A stretch of 64,000 nt of DNA from Nitrospirota bacterium (GTDB lineage Bacteria > Nitrospirota > JACRHJ01), in the NCBI GenBank assembly GCA_963845245.1, contig CAWJRJ010000013.1:1-64000 (forward strand). Reading direction: 5' to 3'. Positions 31,394-41,351 of the stretch are shown here, in pieces. Position 1 is the first letter of the stretch. Each line of letters opens with the position of its first letter. A program made the translations under genes and the position numbers. The notes under the pieces were generated by a model. It searched no databases and was not told the DNA's origin. It was given only the letters and a program-made list of their open reading frames with translations.

Positions 31394-31723
31394 TTAGCCG
31401 GTACCCGTTTCATCAAGCATGATATTTTCGTCGGGGTTTACAATGCTGAGCGGCGCATGTCGCGGCGCGGCCCTGACCGCGTCCATCGCTTCCCTGACCG
31501 CCACTTCGATAAGTATCCAGGGCGAGCCCAATTCGCGTGAGTTGTTGTTCGGGACGCTGACATAGTAATGCGGTGGCAGTGTATTAAGGGCCATTGCGGC
31601 CGCGTCGAGGCGGCAGCGGTGGCAGGGGCAGTACCTGGACGTCTCCGACAGGGTCTTGTCGATATAGAACATGACCTTGTCGTGGTTGGCGTTTTCCACT
31701 CTGCTCGGTGTGTCGCTTGCCAT
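31394..31723 (-). CDS. ComFB-family protein
   Basis: CPCHRCRLDAAAMALNTLPPHY and V...PRH motifs. Confidence 0.8.
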   Translation of the reverse strand: MASDTPSRVENANHDKVMFYIDKTLSETSRYCPCHRCRLDAAAMALNTLPPHYYVSVPNNNSRELGSPWILIEVAVREAMDAVRAAPRHAPLSIVNPDENIMLDETGTG

Positions 31724-32118
31724 ATTTGCCCTCAAAACACAATGATGTTGCAATAGAATTAAGCAATTTCCATACCAGAAATGCATTACGGCAATAAGGA
31801 TTGTAACTGTGTGGTTCTAAAGCAATTTAAGCTTGCCAGGAATGATTTTCGTTAGCGCCTATAGAGTGTATTTACTCAGCCAGGGTATTCTATTTATAGG
31901 ATCAAAAGGTGTGCTTACTACTCATGTTAGTGTTATCGTTGAATATATTGTTTTTTCAGGTACCGCATGCTCCAGGTAACCGGTCACGCTCAGTAGGTAC
32001 AAATGCTGACTGAATTCACTCATTATGTGCGGCCCAGTCCGCATAAAAAAACAACATACATTACGTTATTTCTGGTATCATAGACCATTCAGCCGTATCC
32101 AGACAGACTCAAGGGGGG

Positions 32119-32847
32119 ATGATGATGGACGAAAAAACGGAGAAGGTCCTGGCCGACTTTGCCGAGATGATGAAAGGGCTTTATGGCGAGGAGCTTGTCT
32201 CGCTTGACCTGTACGGTGAGGCTGCCGCAGGTGAGCAGGTAGGTAGCCACCGGCCCATGAAGCTTCTGGCTGTAATGACCCAGGTCGGGCCGTCCCAGCT
32301 TAAAAGATACGCCGGTGTCAACCCCAAGTGGTCGAAAAAAGGTGTACCTGCACCCTTGATGATGACCCTCGATACACTTGAGACTTCGACGGACGTTTTC
32401 CCGATAGAGTTCTTCGAGATGAAGGAGTCGTACAGGCTCCTGCACGGCAAAGACGTCCTCGCAGGCCTTGAGATAAGCCACGAGAACCTCCGTCGTCAGT
32501 GCGAGGAGCAGATAAAAGGCAAGTTCATACATCTGCGGCAGGGATATATAGAGGCCTTCGGCGATAAAAAGGCGCTTTCGCACCTGATTGCGGCCTCGAT
32601 CGAGCCGTTTACCCAGGTTATGAGAAACATCCTGAGGCTTAAAGGCAAGGGTGTGCCTGTAAAAAAGGATTCGATTATAAAGGAGTTCTGCCTTGAAGCT
32701 GGCCTGGACGAGGCGCCTTTCATGGGTGCGCTGGCCATAAGACGGGAGGGCCTGACTCCCACCGTGGACGAGCTTGACCGGCTTTTTGCGGCCTACCTGA
32801 CGGAGGTCGGCAAGCTGGCGGTAGTTATTGACAAATTGGCGGTGTGA
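32119..32847 (+). CDS. Nucleotidyltransferase-like protein of the TPM/LemA cluster
   Basis: LYGE.L.S..LYG, DVFPIEF...Y.LL.G.D, LRRQCE. Confidence 0.75.
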   Translation: MMMDEKTEKVLADFAEMMKGLYGEELVSLDLYGEAAAGEQVGSHRPMKLLAVMTQVGPSQLKRYAGVNPKWSKKGVPAPLMMTLDTLETSTDVFPIEFFEMKESYRLLHGKDVLAGLEISHENLRRQCEEQIKGKFIHLRQGYIEAFGDKKALSHLIAASIEPFTQVMRNILRLKGKGVPVKKDSIIKEFCLEAGLDEAPFMGALAIRREGLTPTVDELDRLFAAYLTEVGKLAVVIDKLAV

Positions 32848-33635
32848 GTATAAAGTTTCCGGGTGCGCCCAGAAAGAAATATAACTTGAGTATAATCGCG
32901 AATAAAACCCGGCTTGCGCTTCTGACGTTCCTGTTTCTGTTTATTTGCGGGACGGTTTTTGCGGCTGGCAAGTTCCCGGAGCCGAAGGGCTACGTAAATG
33001 ATTTCGCAGGGGTGATAAACCCCGCCGATGCCGCTGCGCTTGAGCAACAGCTTTCGGAGGTCGAAAAAAACACGACCGCGCAGATAGCGGTTGTGACGGT
33101 GCCCGACCTCGGCGATTATGCCGACGTAGACGAATATGCCGTGGAGCTGTTCAAGGCTTGGGGCATCGGCCAGAAGGGCCAGGACAACGGCGTACTCATA
33201 TTGGTTGCGCCGTCGCTCAAGAAGGCCAGGATAGAGGTCGGCTACGGGCTCGAGGGTGCGATTACCGACGGCACGGCCGGCGAGATAATCCGCAATGTCA
33301 TGGCCCCGTACTTCAAGGCCGGCGATTATGGCAAGGGGCTTGTTGCGGGCGCTAACGCTGTAGCTGAGAAAATACCGCCCGGAGGGGTAAAGAAGCCTGC
33401 AAAGAGGAGCAGGGGCGGGTTCTCAATAATCCTCACGATCATATTTATAATACTGGTCTTGAGCCAGTTCTTCTTCCCGGGCCCGCGCATCATGGGCGGC
33501 AGGCGCTACTACGGCGGCGGCCCATTCATTGGCGGTTTCGGGGGAGGTTTTGGTGGAGGTGGCGGTTTTGGAGGTGGGTTCGGAGGCTTCGGAGGCGGTG
33601 GCTCAGGTGGGGGCGGCGCATCCGGCGGCTGGTAA
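32844..33635 (+). CDS. TPM-domain protein
   Basis: YVNDFAG, WGIGQKGQDNGVL, RIEVGYGLEG, Gly-rich tail ending GGW. Confidence 0.93.
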   Translation: MSIKFPGAPRKKYNLSIIANKTRLALLTFLFLFICGTVFAAGKFPEPKGYVNDFAGVINPADAAALEQQLSEVEKNTTAQIAVVTVPDLGDYADVDEYAVELFKAWGIGQKGQDNGVLILVAPSLKKARIEVGYGLEGAITDGTAGEIIRNVMAPYFKAGDYGKGLVAGANAVAEKIPPGGVKKPAKRSRGGFSIILTIIFIILVLSQFFFPGPRIMGGRRYYGGGPFIGGFGGGFGGGGGFGGGFGGFGGGGSGGGGASGGW

Positions 33636-33662
33636 ATATACAAGAAAGGAAGGTACAGGATA

Positions 33663-34535
33663 GTGGTTGAGAGGAAAATCGAGGAATCAAAGAAGAAGAC
33701 GGACGAGGGACGCGCGTTCCTGATGAAGCAGGATTACAGGAGGGCGAGGCAGGCATTCGACGAGGCGATACGCCTCGACCCGCAGAATGCGCTTGCGCAC
33801 AGCGGCAAGGCAAACGCCCTATTCGGGCTTGAGGATATAGAGAAGGCCGTCAAGACGATCGAGAAGGCCCTCGAGCTTGACCCGAACAACGAGGAGATAC
33901 TGGACAACTACGGCGCGTACCTCTATAACCTCAGCAAGTTCAAGGAGGCGCTCGGCGTGGCCCAAAGGCTCGTCGACATGCACCCCGACAGCGCAGACTA
34001 CCTCTATAAGCTTGGTACTGTGTACGACGCCATGGACGAGGTGGACAATGCGGCCGAGGCGTTCAACAAGTCACTCGCGATTGAGCCGAACGACCTGCAT
34101 GTGCTGAAAGACCTGGCCGAGATGTACGAGAAGAACAAAAGGCTGGACGAGGCGATCGAGGTATTCAAAAAAGCGGCCAGTGTGGCCCCGGACCAGTCGT
34201 ACTTCCTGGACTGCCAGGGCCAGATATACGGCAGGCTGGACAAGTACGAAGAGGCTCTTGCCGTCTTCGAGGCGGCTCTGAAGTTAAACCCCGAGGACGA
34301 CTACGCGGCAAACGGCAGGGCGGCGACGCTTGGAAGGATAGGCCGTGAAGAGGAGGCCCTTGCGGCGTTCGACGAGCTTATAAAGAAGGACCCCGGCAGC
34401 GCGTTCCCATGGGACGGCAAGGCATTTGTGCTGAAGCGTCTGGGCAGGATGGAAGAGGCCAAGGCGGCCCAGGCCGAGGCGACGAAGATCTGGCGGGCCG
34501 AGGAATCGAACTCCCCGAGCATATTCAATAACTAG
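33663..34535 (+). CDS. TPR-repeat protein
   Basis: About eight 34-aa A...F..AL.L.P repeats. Confidence 0.9.
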   Translation: MVERKIEESKKKTDEGRAFLMKQDYRRARQAFDEAIRLDPQNALAHSGKANALFGLEDIEKAVKTIEKALELDPNNEEILDNYGAYLYNLSKFKEALGVAQRLVDMHPDSADYLYKLGTVYDAMDEVDNAAEAFNKSLAIEPNDLHVLKDLAEMYEKNKRLDEAIEVFKKAASVAPDQSYFLDCQGQIYGRLDKYEEALAVFEAALKLNPEDDYAANGRAATLGRIGREEEALAAFDELIKKDPGSAFPWDGKAFVLKRLGRMEEAKAAQAEATKIWRAEESNSPSIFNN

Positions 34536-34546
34536 AGGAGAGCGTC

Positions 34547-35128
34547 ATGAAAAAAGGGTTAATTATAGCACTCGCGGCTGTGGGAGCTATTGTCCTTGTT
34601 GTGGGCATCGCGTTTTCCTGGGTGATGGGAGCGCGTAACCAGTTTGTCACGCTACAGCAGGACGTCAACAAGCAGTGGAGCCAGGTGGAAAACCAGCTCC
34701 AGAGGCGAAACGACCTTATACCCAACCTCGTCTCCACCGTGAAAGGTTACGCGACGCACGAAAAAGGCGTGTTCGACGACATTGCCGCCGCGCGCGCCAA
34801 GATGGCCGGGGCGAAGTCTCCTGCGGAGACGATGGACGGCGCCAACCAGATGTCAGGCGCCCTGTCAAGGCTCCTGCTCGTGGTAGAGAACTACCCGAAC
34901 CTGAAGGCCGACCAGAGCTTCAACCGCCTGATGGATGAACTAGCAGGGACCGAGAACAGGCTTGCCGTCGAGAGGAAGCGTTACAACGACGTCATCAGGG
35001 ACTACAATGTGCTGCTTATGAAGTTCCCGACCAACCTTGTGGCCGGTATGTTCAATTTCAAGGAGATGCCCTACTTCAAGGCGCCCGAGGAGGCGAAGGC
35101 CGTGCCGAAGGTGGACTTCAATAAATGA
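34547..35128 (+). CDS. lemA: LemA-family protein
   Basis: [29 protein letters not shown]. Confidence 0.95.
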   Translation: MKKGLIIALAAVGAIVLVVGIAFSWVMGARNQFVTLQQDVNKQWSQVENQLQRRNDLIPNLVSTVKGYATHEKGVFDDIAAARAKMAGAKSPAETMDGANQMSGALSRLLLVVENYPNLKADQSFNRLMDELAGTENRLAVERKRYNDVIRDYNVLLMKFPTNLVAGMFNFKEMPYFKAPEEAKAVPKVDFNK

Positions 35129-35604
35129 GGATAGCCGTCTACCCGGGTACATTCGACCCGATAACGAACGGCCATGTCGACCTGGTTAAGCGCGGCCTTG
35201 CCATCTTCGACAAGGTGATAATAGCGGTCGCGCCAAGCCCGAAAAAGGCCCCGCTCTTCTCCGCGGAGGAGCGGGTGCAGATGATACGCGAGGCGATGGC
35301 GGGCCTCGGCAATGTGGAAGTGGAGCTGTTCGAGGGCCTGCTGGTGGACCACGTCATTAAGCATGGCGCGAACGTGGTCGTCAGGGGTCTTCGGGCGGTT
35401 TCCGACTTTGAGTACGAGCTTCAGATGGCGCTCATGAACAGGCGGCTCTCAAGCATGGTCGAGACCGTCTTCATGATGCCGTCCGAGGAGTATTCCTACA
35501 CCTCGTCCACCGTCATAAAAGAGGTAGCGGGCTACGGCGGCGACGTCTCCGGTCTCGTGCCGGAGGTTGTGATACCCTACCTCAAGAAAAAGTTCCAGGC
35601 TTAA
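35125..35604 (+). CDS. coaD: Pantetheine-phosphate adenylyltransferase
   Basis: [24 protein letters not shown]. Confidence 0.97.
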   Translation: MRIAVYPGTFDPITNGHVDLVKRGLAIFDKVIIAVAPSPKKAPLFSAEERVQMIREAMAGLGNVEVELFEGLLVDHVIKHGANVVVRGLRAVSDFEYELQMALMNRRLSSMVETVFMMPSEEYSYTSSTVIKEVAGYGGDVSGLVPEVVIPYLKKKFQA

Positions 35605-36411
35605 ATCCCCGCCTCTGCGAACATCACCTCTACCTCAAGCCAGATCCCGTTCTCGCCAGCCGTCTCGGCTACATCCCGCAGATGTTTCTCCATAAATGGT
35701 TCAAGTTCCCCTTCGGGAATCCTGGCAAGCTGGTTGCGGTAGGCGGTATTAAGCAAGATCTCCCGCCACTGGTCTTCGTCTTTCAGATAATAGCCGACCT
35801 GCCTCGACTGGATGTGTATATCCTTGAACTCAGCGCTCCTTAAAAGGGCCTCTATCTTCTCAGGAGTATCGAGCCGCGCCGAGAAGTGCGGCTCCTCGAT
35901 CCCGTATCCCTTGAGCCTGTCCACCAGCATCCCCCGCAGCGGCTGCATCAGGCTCGACGTGAAGCTGGTCATGAAAAGCCTGCCGCCCGGCTTGAGGACC
36001 TTGTGGATGCACCGCAGGCCGTTCTCCATGTCCGGCAGGAAGAATATGCCGAAGGCGCAGCTTGCAAGGTCGAATGTACCGTCCGCAAAACCCATGTCTT
36101 CAATGTCGCAGCACTTGAAGGCGATGTTATGCAGACCAAGCCCGTCCGCCTTGGCCTTTGCCTTCTGGAGCATCTTTTCGGATATATCTATGCCGGTGAC
36201 GCTTCCGTCCTACAAGCCTTTGCGCTGCGCGGACAGCCACGTTGCCGGTCCCGGTAGCGACGTCCAGCAGGGCTTCGCTTCCATTCAGGCGCATGTCTTC
36301 TACAAGGTGCGCGGCGGTTTCGACGAAGAAACGCGTGCCGGGGGAGTCGTACCCTTCGCTCGCAGTGTCGAAAACGGCAGTTACCTTCTGTTTGTGTTCC
36401 CTGTGTTTCAT
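35601..36411 (-). CDS. Class I SAM methyltransferase, frameshift near 36210
   Basis: LDVATGTG in one frame; GIDISEKML and [12 protein letters not shown] in the next. Confidence 0.85.
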
Positions 36412-36526
36412 ATGTCCTCTTTCTTTTGACGGTTCAGTATGCAGTTGTTATCTATATAACTTCGACGATGCAGATGTCAATGAATAATTTGGAACCGAAA
36501 GGCCTTGTTATCGTCAAAAAAGTTGT

Positions 36527-36739
36527 TTGCACACAGCTTTCATGGTTATAGGCGAGGCTGCGAAGAAGATTTCCGAGGAGACCCGGACGGCGCATCCTCA
36601 TATCCCCTGGAAGAAAATGGCCGGGCTGCGGGATGTACTGATTCATGCCTATGATACGGTAGACGTAAGGATGGTCTGGAGATTGCTGAGGGAAGACCTG
36701 CCGCAACTTATAACCTCCCTGGAAAAGATTGTTCAATAG
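36527..36739 (+). pseudogene. HepT/DUF86 HEPN ribonuclease, 5'-truncated
   Basis: IGEAAK, IPWKKMAGLRDVLIHAY (RX4H). The N-terminus and an MNT partner are absent. Confidence 0.8.
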
Positions 36740-36764
36740 CCAGAAGCGAGGTAATTAACATATT

Positions 36765-37235
36765 ATGCCTAAAGACGAGAATTCAAAACTGATAGCCGGT
36801 AACAAGAAGGCCTACCACGACTTCTTCATTGAGGAGACGTACGAGGCCGGGATAGCGCTTCTGGGCACCGAGGTGAAGTCGCTCCGGGACGGCCGCGCGA
36901 ACCTCAAGGACTGCTACGCCATGATAAAGAACGAGGAGGTATTCCTCATCGGCCTTCATATCTCGCCGTATTCGCACGGCAACATAATGAACCACGACCC
37001 GGAACGCACCCGCAAGCTCCTGATGCACAAGCGCGAGATAAAGCGGCTGTTCGGCCTTCTGACCCAGAAGGGCTACACGCTCGTCCCTACCAAACTGTAT
37101 TTCAAGGAGGGGCGGGTGAAGGTGGAGCTTGGCCTTGCCAAGGGCAAGAAGAACTACGACGTCCGCGAGACGGTGAAGGAGAAAGAGGCCCAGCGCGAGA
37201 TACAACGGGCGACGAGGGAGCGGAACAAAGGTTAA
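36765..37235 (+). CDS. smpB: SsrA-binding protein
   Basis: [32 protein letters not shown]. Confidence 0.97.
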   Translation: MPKDENSKLIAGNKKAYHDFFIEETYEAGIALLGTEVKSLRDGRANLKDCYAMIKNEEVFLIGLHISPYSHGNIMNHDPERTRKLLMHKREIKRLFGLLTQKGYTLVPTKLYFKEGRVKVELGLAKGKKNYDVRETVKEKEAQREIQRATRERNKG

Positions 37236-37250
37236 GCAGAAGGGCTGAAG

Positions 37251-37844
37251 ATGGATAGTGAGACGCTCGGCTTCGACAGGGTCCACGAAGAGTACAGGCA
37301 GAGGATAAGGCGCTATGTTGCCCGTCTTGCCGGAGAGCATGAGGCGGACGACCTCACACAGGAAGTCTTCCTGAAGGTGAGCCGCGCCCTTCCCGACTTC
37401 CAGGGCAAATCGAGCCTGTCCACATGGATCTATAAGGTCGCTACCAATACAGTCCTTGACAGACTGAAGAGCCCTGCCCACCGTCAGGCCATCCTTGAGG
37501 CACAGGATATAGACTCAGAGGGTGTCGCTCCCATGCCCGACGACAACCCTCTTTCCGTAGACCAGCAACTCATCCGCGAGCAGATGAGCGAATGTATCCG
37601 GGAGGTGGTGGCCAAACTCCCGCCCGACTACAGGGCTGTCATCGCCCTCTCCGAGATGGAAGACCTTAAAAACAGCGAGATTGCAGATGTCTTAGGCATC
37701 TCGCTTGACGCCGCCAAGATAAGGCTTCACAGGGCGCGCACGGTCCTCAAGAAAGAGCTTGAAGGCAAATGCGACTTCTACCGTGACGGCCGCAACGAGT
37801 TCGCCTGCGAACCAAAGTCCTCCCCGATAAAATTTAAAAAATAA
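37251..37844 (+). CDS. ECF sigma factor with Cys-containing C-terminal tail
   Basis: ADDLTQEVFLK, TWIYKVATN, KIRLHRAR, tail CDFYRD...FACE. Confidence 0.9.
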   Translation: MDSETLGFDRVHEEYRQRIRRYVARLAGEHEADDLTQEVFLKVSRALPDFQGKSSLSTWIYKVATNTVLDRLKSPAHRQAILEAQDIDSEGVAPMPDDNPLSVDQQLIREQMSECIREVVAKLPPDYRAVIALSEMEDLKNSEIADVLGISLDAAKIRLHRARTVLKKELEGKCDFYRDGRNEFACEPKSSPIKFKK

Positions 37845-37856
37845 ACAGTTCAGACG

Positions 37857-37885
37857 TGTATCCTTTTATCTCCGGGTGTCGTCTA
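37857..37885 (+). promoter_or_regulatory. Candidate ECF promoter
   Basis: TGTATC-N17-CGTCTA upstream of the CMD-like gene; resembles TGAAAC/CGTC ECF promoters. Confidence 0.4.
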
Positions 37886-37945
37886 CAAGGACCATAAAGT
37901 GGGCGATGCACCCAGTGGGCTTGAACATCTTCATGGAGGGGAAAC

Positions 37946-38197
37946 ATGGACAAGAGGACAAAGGACCTGATTGCGGTCGGCGCCACGATGGCCGCAAACT
38001 GCCAGCCGTGCCTGCAAAAGATGGCGGAGGTAGCGCGGGCGGGCGGGGCGGATGAGCAGGATATCCTGACCGCGATAAAAATAGGCAATATGATAAAGAA
38101 TGGGGCAGGGGAAAAGATGGACGTTTTTGTCTCGGATATGTTTAATGAACACAGGGAAAGTATGGCTGCGGCGGAAAGCACGTGCGGATGCAGTTAA
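37946..38197 (+). CDS. Carboxymuconolactone decarboxylase/AhpD-like small protein
   Basis: KDLIAVGATMAANCQPCL...A...G; GGAGG RBS. Confidence 0.8.
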   Translation: MDKRTKDLIAVGATMAANCQPCLQKMAEVARAGGADEQDILTAIKIGNMIKNGAGEKMDVFVSDMFNEHRESMAAAESTCGCS

Positions 38198-38691
38198 CGG
38201 CATTCGGCCGCGAACCTGTGCAGCAGCCCGTATAGCGCAAGTGTGACCATCATTGCGGATGCTGCGAAGTATGGGGTGCCCGAAAATATCGTCTGGAGGA
38301 ACAGGGCCGCGACGCTGTAGAGGTATACTGCGCTTGCGCAAAGTCCGATAATCGTGAATGCGTCCGGCTTCCTGTCTTTCAGCGCGCTCCATGCACGTGA
38401 GAAGAGGGGCTTCCCGGACCAGATAATCACAGGCGTGGCCAGGATGAACTCTGCAAGGGAGAGCGCCCTCACGGCGACTGCCGTCTGCTTGAAGATGGGC
38501 AGGATGTCCCGCAGCACTATGACCGTAAGAGGGAGCATCAGCACGACGCTTACCCAGTAGCGCGTGCTCAGGTCTAAAAGACCGTTTTTGTCTTCCGCCG
38601 TATCCAGCCCGCATTTAGGGCAGCTTCCATTTCCGCCCGGCAAGGTCTGGGGTTGTTTCAAGATATGTGTGCGGCATAAACACTCCTGCAT
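38194..38691 (-). pseudogene. Truncated heavy-metal P1B-ATPase N-terminal part
   Basis: C..H...CPKCG, LATPVIIWSG.P.F.RAW, YLYS and YF helices. No actuator or ATP-binding domains. Confidence 0.7.
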
Positions 38692-38743
38692 TATATTCTG
38701 CTTTTATTATAACACAGCAGATGCAGGAGGTTTAGTTGAGGAG

Positions 38744-39551
38744 CTAAGGCAGGTAGGGGTGTCGGGGCAACAAGGCATTGCTAAAAAGCATTTGGTTCTC
38801 ATATTGCCATCCTTGTAGACATTTCATAAGAAAATCAAACAACGCAGCAAGACTGGGTCCTTGGAAACCGGTATCTTTTTCACCGACACTAATGTACAAA
38901 TCCGTTGATTGACTTATTGCGTCAGTAAATATCCATCCATCATTTAGAACTCAAAGTATATCCTTCTCGGAGGCAAGTTATTGTATTTGGGAATTTTCTC
39001 AGCTCTATTTTTTTCTCCCATGATATTAAGTGGTCCATGAGAGTGTTTAATTGTGGACCCTGAAATGCAATTAGGCAAACAGGAATGTGTGGGAGCTTTA
39101 CAAATTTCTGTTCTCCTGTAATGTAAGCAGACCAAGGCCACGGGTCAAGTAAAGGAAGAATGGGGAGACTCTTAATTTTTGATGATGTATTTACAGCATT
39201 AGTAAGTTCAGATCTTAAGCCAGGTTCGGACGTAGTTAGAACGGATTTAACTTCGACTGCCGCTGCAACTGCATGAACAAGTGCTAGACTAACTTGTCCG
39301 CTAATTTGCAAGCGAGGGGCAGTATGCGGGAGTATTAAAACATCTACCTGTCCTGACCTCGTGTCTTGTGCGGATAGAATCTCACCTGTTACAAAATCAA
39401 ATCCACGGGGAAGGTTCGCGGCCAAGAAGTCTGAAATAATAAGCTCGCGAGCTGTGCCAAGTATAGTTCCGTGTCGAGCAATACCGACTTCTTCACCTTT
39501 AGCTAACAGTGAAACACGAACCTTTTCAAAATGTTTATTTAAAGGCCGCAT
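38744..39551 (-). CDS. DUF6602-like protein (low GC), probable frameshift near 38950
   Basis: HGTILGTARE...FL...LP, SGQVDVLI, VEVKS. An adjacent frame continues VLNDGWIF... to a stop at 38744. Confidence 0.65.
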
Positions 39552-39554
39552 CTC

Positions 39555-39614
39555 TTAGTTCTTCTCCTGAAACGTCATGGCCCAGCGGTCAAAGGTGCGG
39601 GCGCTACGGACTCC
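39555..39614 (-). repeat. Diverged duplicate of the last 20 codons of the HD gene (40164-40223)
   Basis: GVRSARTFDRWAMTFQEKN* versus GSRSARTFDRWAMMFQEKG*. Confidence 0.9.
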
Positions 39615-39628
39615 GGACGGCGTACTGT

Positions 39629-39859
39629 TTAAATCTTTCTAAGAATCTTCTCAAATTCTTCCAAAGATATATCTATCTCACGGAGTATTTCTCTAATAAG
39701 TGGACGGGCTAGGTCGCGGCCCGGATGGTGTGGTATGGTGGTAGTCCTGCCGTCGGGATGCCTGTAGAATGCGTGACTGCCTTTTTGGCGGGTCTTCTTG
39801 AAGCCTAAAAGAAAGAGCACGGCTTCCAGTTTTGCTGGAGGCAGGACCCTCAGCTTCAG
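39629..39859 (-). CDS. hicA: HicA toxin
   Basis: GFKKTRQKGSHAFYRHPDGRTTTIPHH. Start uncertain. Confidence 0.9.
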   Translation of the reverse strand: MKLRVLPPAKLEAVLFLLGFKKTRQKGSHAFYRHPDGRTTTIPHHPGRDLARPLIREILREIDISLEEFEKILRKI

Positions 39860-40084
39860 TCAAGCAGAGACCTCGATGGTCTGAAGGCCTACGAAGTGCG
39901 GGATATCTTTCTTAGCGCCTTTGCGCTCCTCAAGGCAAAGCTCAACCACTTCCTTGAGGTTTTGAGAAAGCTCGTCCAGCGTCGCGCCCTGCGTGTGTGC
40001 GCCGGTTATGCCCGGCACGATGCCGACGTACAACCCTGTTTCCGGGTCCTGTTCTATGTAGGCGGTGACGTTGTATTTCTTCAT
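39860..40084 (-). CDS. hicB: HicB antitoxin
   Basis: YVGIVPGITGAHTQGATLDEL..NLKEVVEL. Confidence 0.9.
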   Translation of the reverse strand: MKKYNVTAYIEQDPETGLYVGIVPGITGAHTQGATLDELSQNLKEVVELCLEERKGAKKDIPHFVGLQTIEVSA

Positions 40085-40163
40085 TAGCCCCTCCGTATCA
40101 TTAATTATGATACGAGAAAAATATACCCAAGTCAATCATTCATCGCCTGAACGATGCCTTCTC

Positions 40164-40760
40164 CTATCCCTTTTCCTGAAACATCATCGCCCAGCGGTCG
40201 AAGGTGCGGGCGCTGCGGCTGCCGAATGGCGCAATCATCGCGCGTGCTTCCGCAAGCGTCTGCATCGTCAGCATCCTCTCGGGCGTAACAGGGAAGAACT
40301 TGTCTGCGTAGCAGATTATCTCTTCTTCAAGCGTAATGGGGCGCATCTCGCGCTCGGGCAGGGGCAGCTTCTTGTCGCGGATGTCCTGCACCGTTATACC
40401 GACGCCGACATGCCGCTCGCACACGTATGCGTGCAGCGGGTAGCCCTCGTCTTCCAGTATCTGGCGGCCGAGGTATCCGTGCGCGATGTACGGGTATTCG
40501 CCGGTGCAGCCCAGGTGCGGCGCGTCTGTAAGGAAGATGCCGATGTCGTGCAGCATGGCCGCCTCTTCGATGAAGATCATGCCAGGCGGCAGCCAACCAA
40601 CGCGGCTTGCCACATCAAGCGCCTTCTCGGCCACCATCCTGCCGTGCTGTAATATATATTCGTAAGCCCTCGTGCCCGGCTCGTAGTATTTCTCTATGAT
40701 GACTATCGGGTTCGGCCTGATGCCGTTGTCCCTGCCTGTAACTTCCTTGATCGTTGTCAT
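40164..40760 (-). CDS. HD-domain phosphohydrolase
   Basis: LHDIG, HGYLG, ERHVG, YADKF. Confidence 0.9.
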   Translation of the reverse strand: MTTIKEVTGRDNGIRPNPIVIIEKYYEPGTRAYEYILQHGRMVAEKALDVASRVGWLPPGMIFIEEAAMLHDIGIFLTDAPHLGCTGEYPYIAHGYLGRQILEDEGYPLHAYVCERHVGVGITVQDIRDKKLPLPEREMRPITLEEEIICYADKFFPVTPERMLTMQTLAEARAMIAPFGSRSARTFDRWAMMFQEKG

Positions 40761-40781
40761 TAGCCTCTCCGTGTCTTCTTG

Positions 40782-41318
40782 CTATACCGCGTGGCCCCAT
40801 GTGCGGACGCGTCCGACATCCATATGCACGAACTCCGGGTAAATCCCCGCGCCTCCGGCTGAAAGCGACCGCACCGCCGTGTACAACTTCTGCATCCCGA
40901 CCCCGGGTATCATAAAATCTACCGCCATCCCCTTCGTGTGCAGGCTGTGTGCCGCGACTCCGTTCGAGCGTTTTGCGAGTATAGCGTTGTAGGCCGGTGA
41001 ACGGTAGCCGGATATTATATGCACGAGGTTCCCGCCGCCGTGCATCCGGTCAACTCGGGCCAGAAGCCCGATCAGGCCGGGGTCTATGGAATGGACTTCA
41101 TCATTATAATGGCATCGGAGGAACCGGTCAACCCTGTCCATCTCTTCATTGCTGCACCTGCCCCCGTCATTTACGGCGACGTTGATATACTCGCCGGTAT
41201 GGGTGTTGTACATCTTAAGCGTGTACGGCGCATCCTCATCCGCTCGCGCCGGCAGCTGTGACGCCCCGAACAAGAGCGCGGCCGCAAACATGCCCTTCAG
41301 AAAAGACCTTCTATTCAT
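40782..41318 (-). CDS. YcbK/DUF882 (peptidase M15) protein with Tat signal
   Basis: NRRSFLK, SGYRS, SLHTKGMAVD, FVHMDVG. Confidence 0.92.
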   Translation of the reverse strand: MNRRSFLKGMFAAALLFGASQLPARADEDAPYTLKMYNTHTGEYINVAVNDGGRCSNEEMDRVDRFLRCHYNDEVHSIDPGLIGLLARVDRMHGGGNLVHIISGYRSPAYNAILAKRSNGVAAHSLHTKGMAVDFMIPGVGMQKLYTAVRSLSAGGAGIYPEFVHMDVGRVRTWGHAV

Positions 41319-41351
41319 ATAACAACTCCCTTAAAACCGTGACAAGCCTTG

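Noticed and set aside
32862..32872. GGTGCGCCCAG match to the tRNA-Arg 3' end as an att site
   Set aside because: Only 11 bp, inside an operon, with core genes in between and no integrase.
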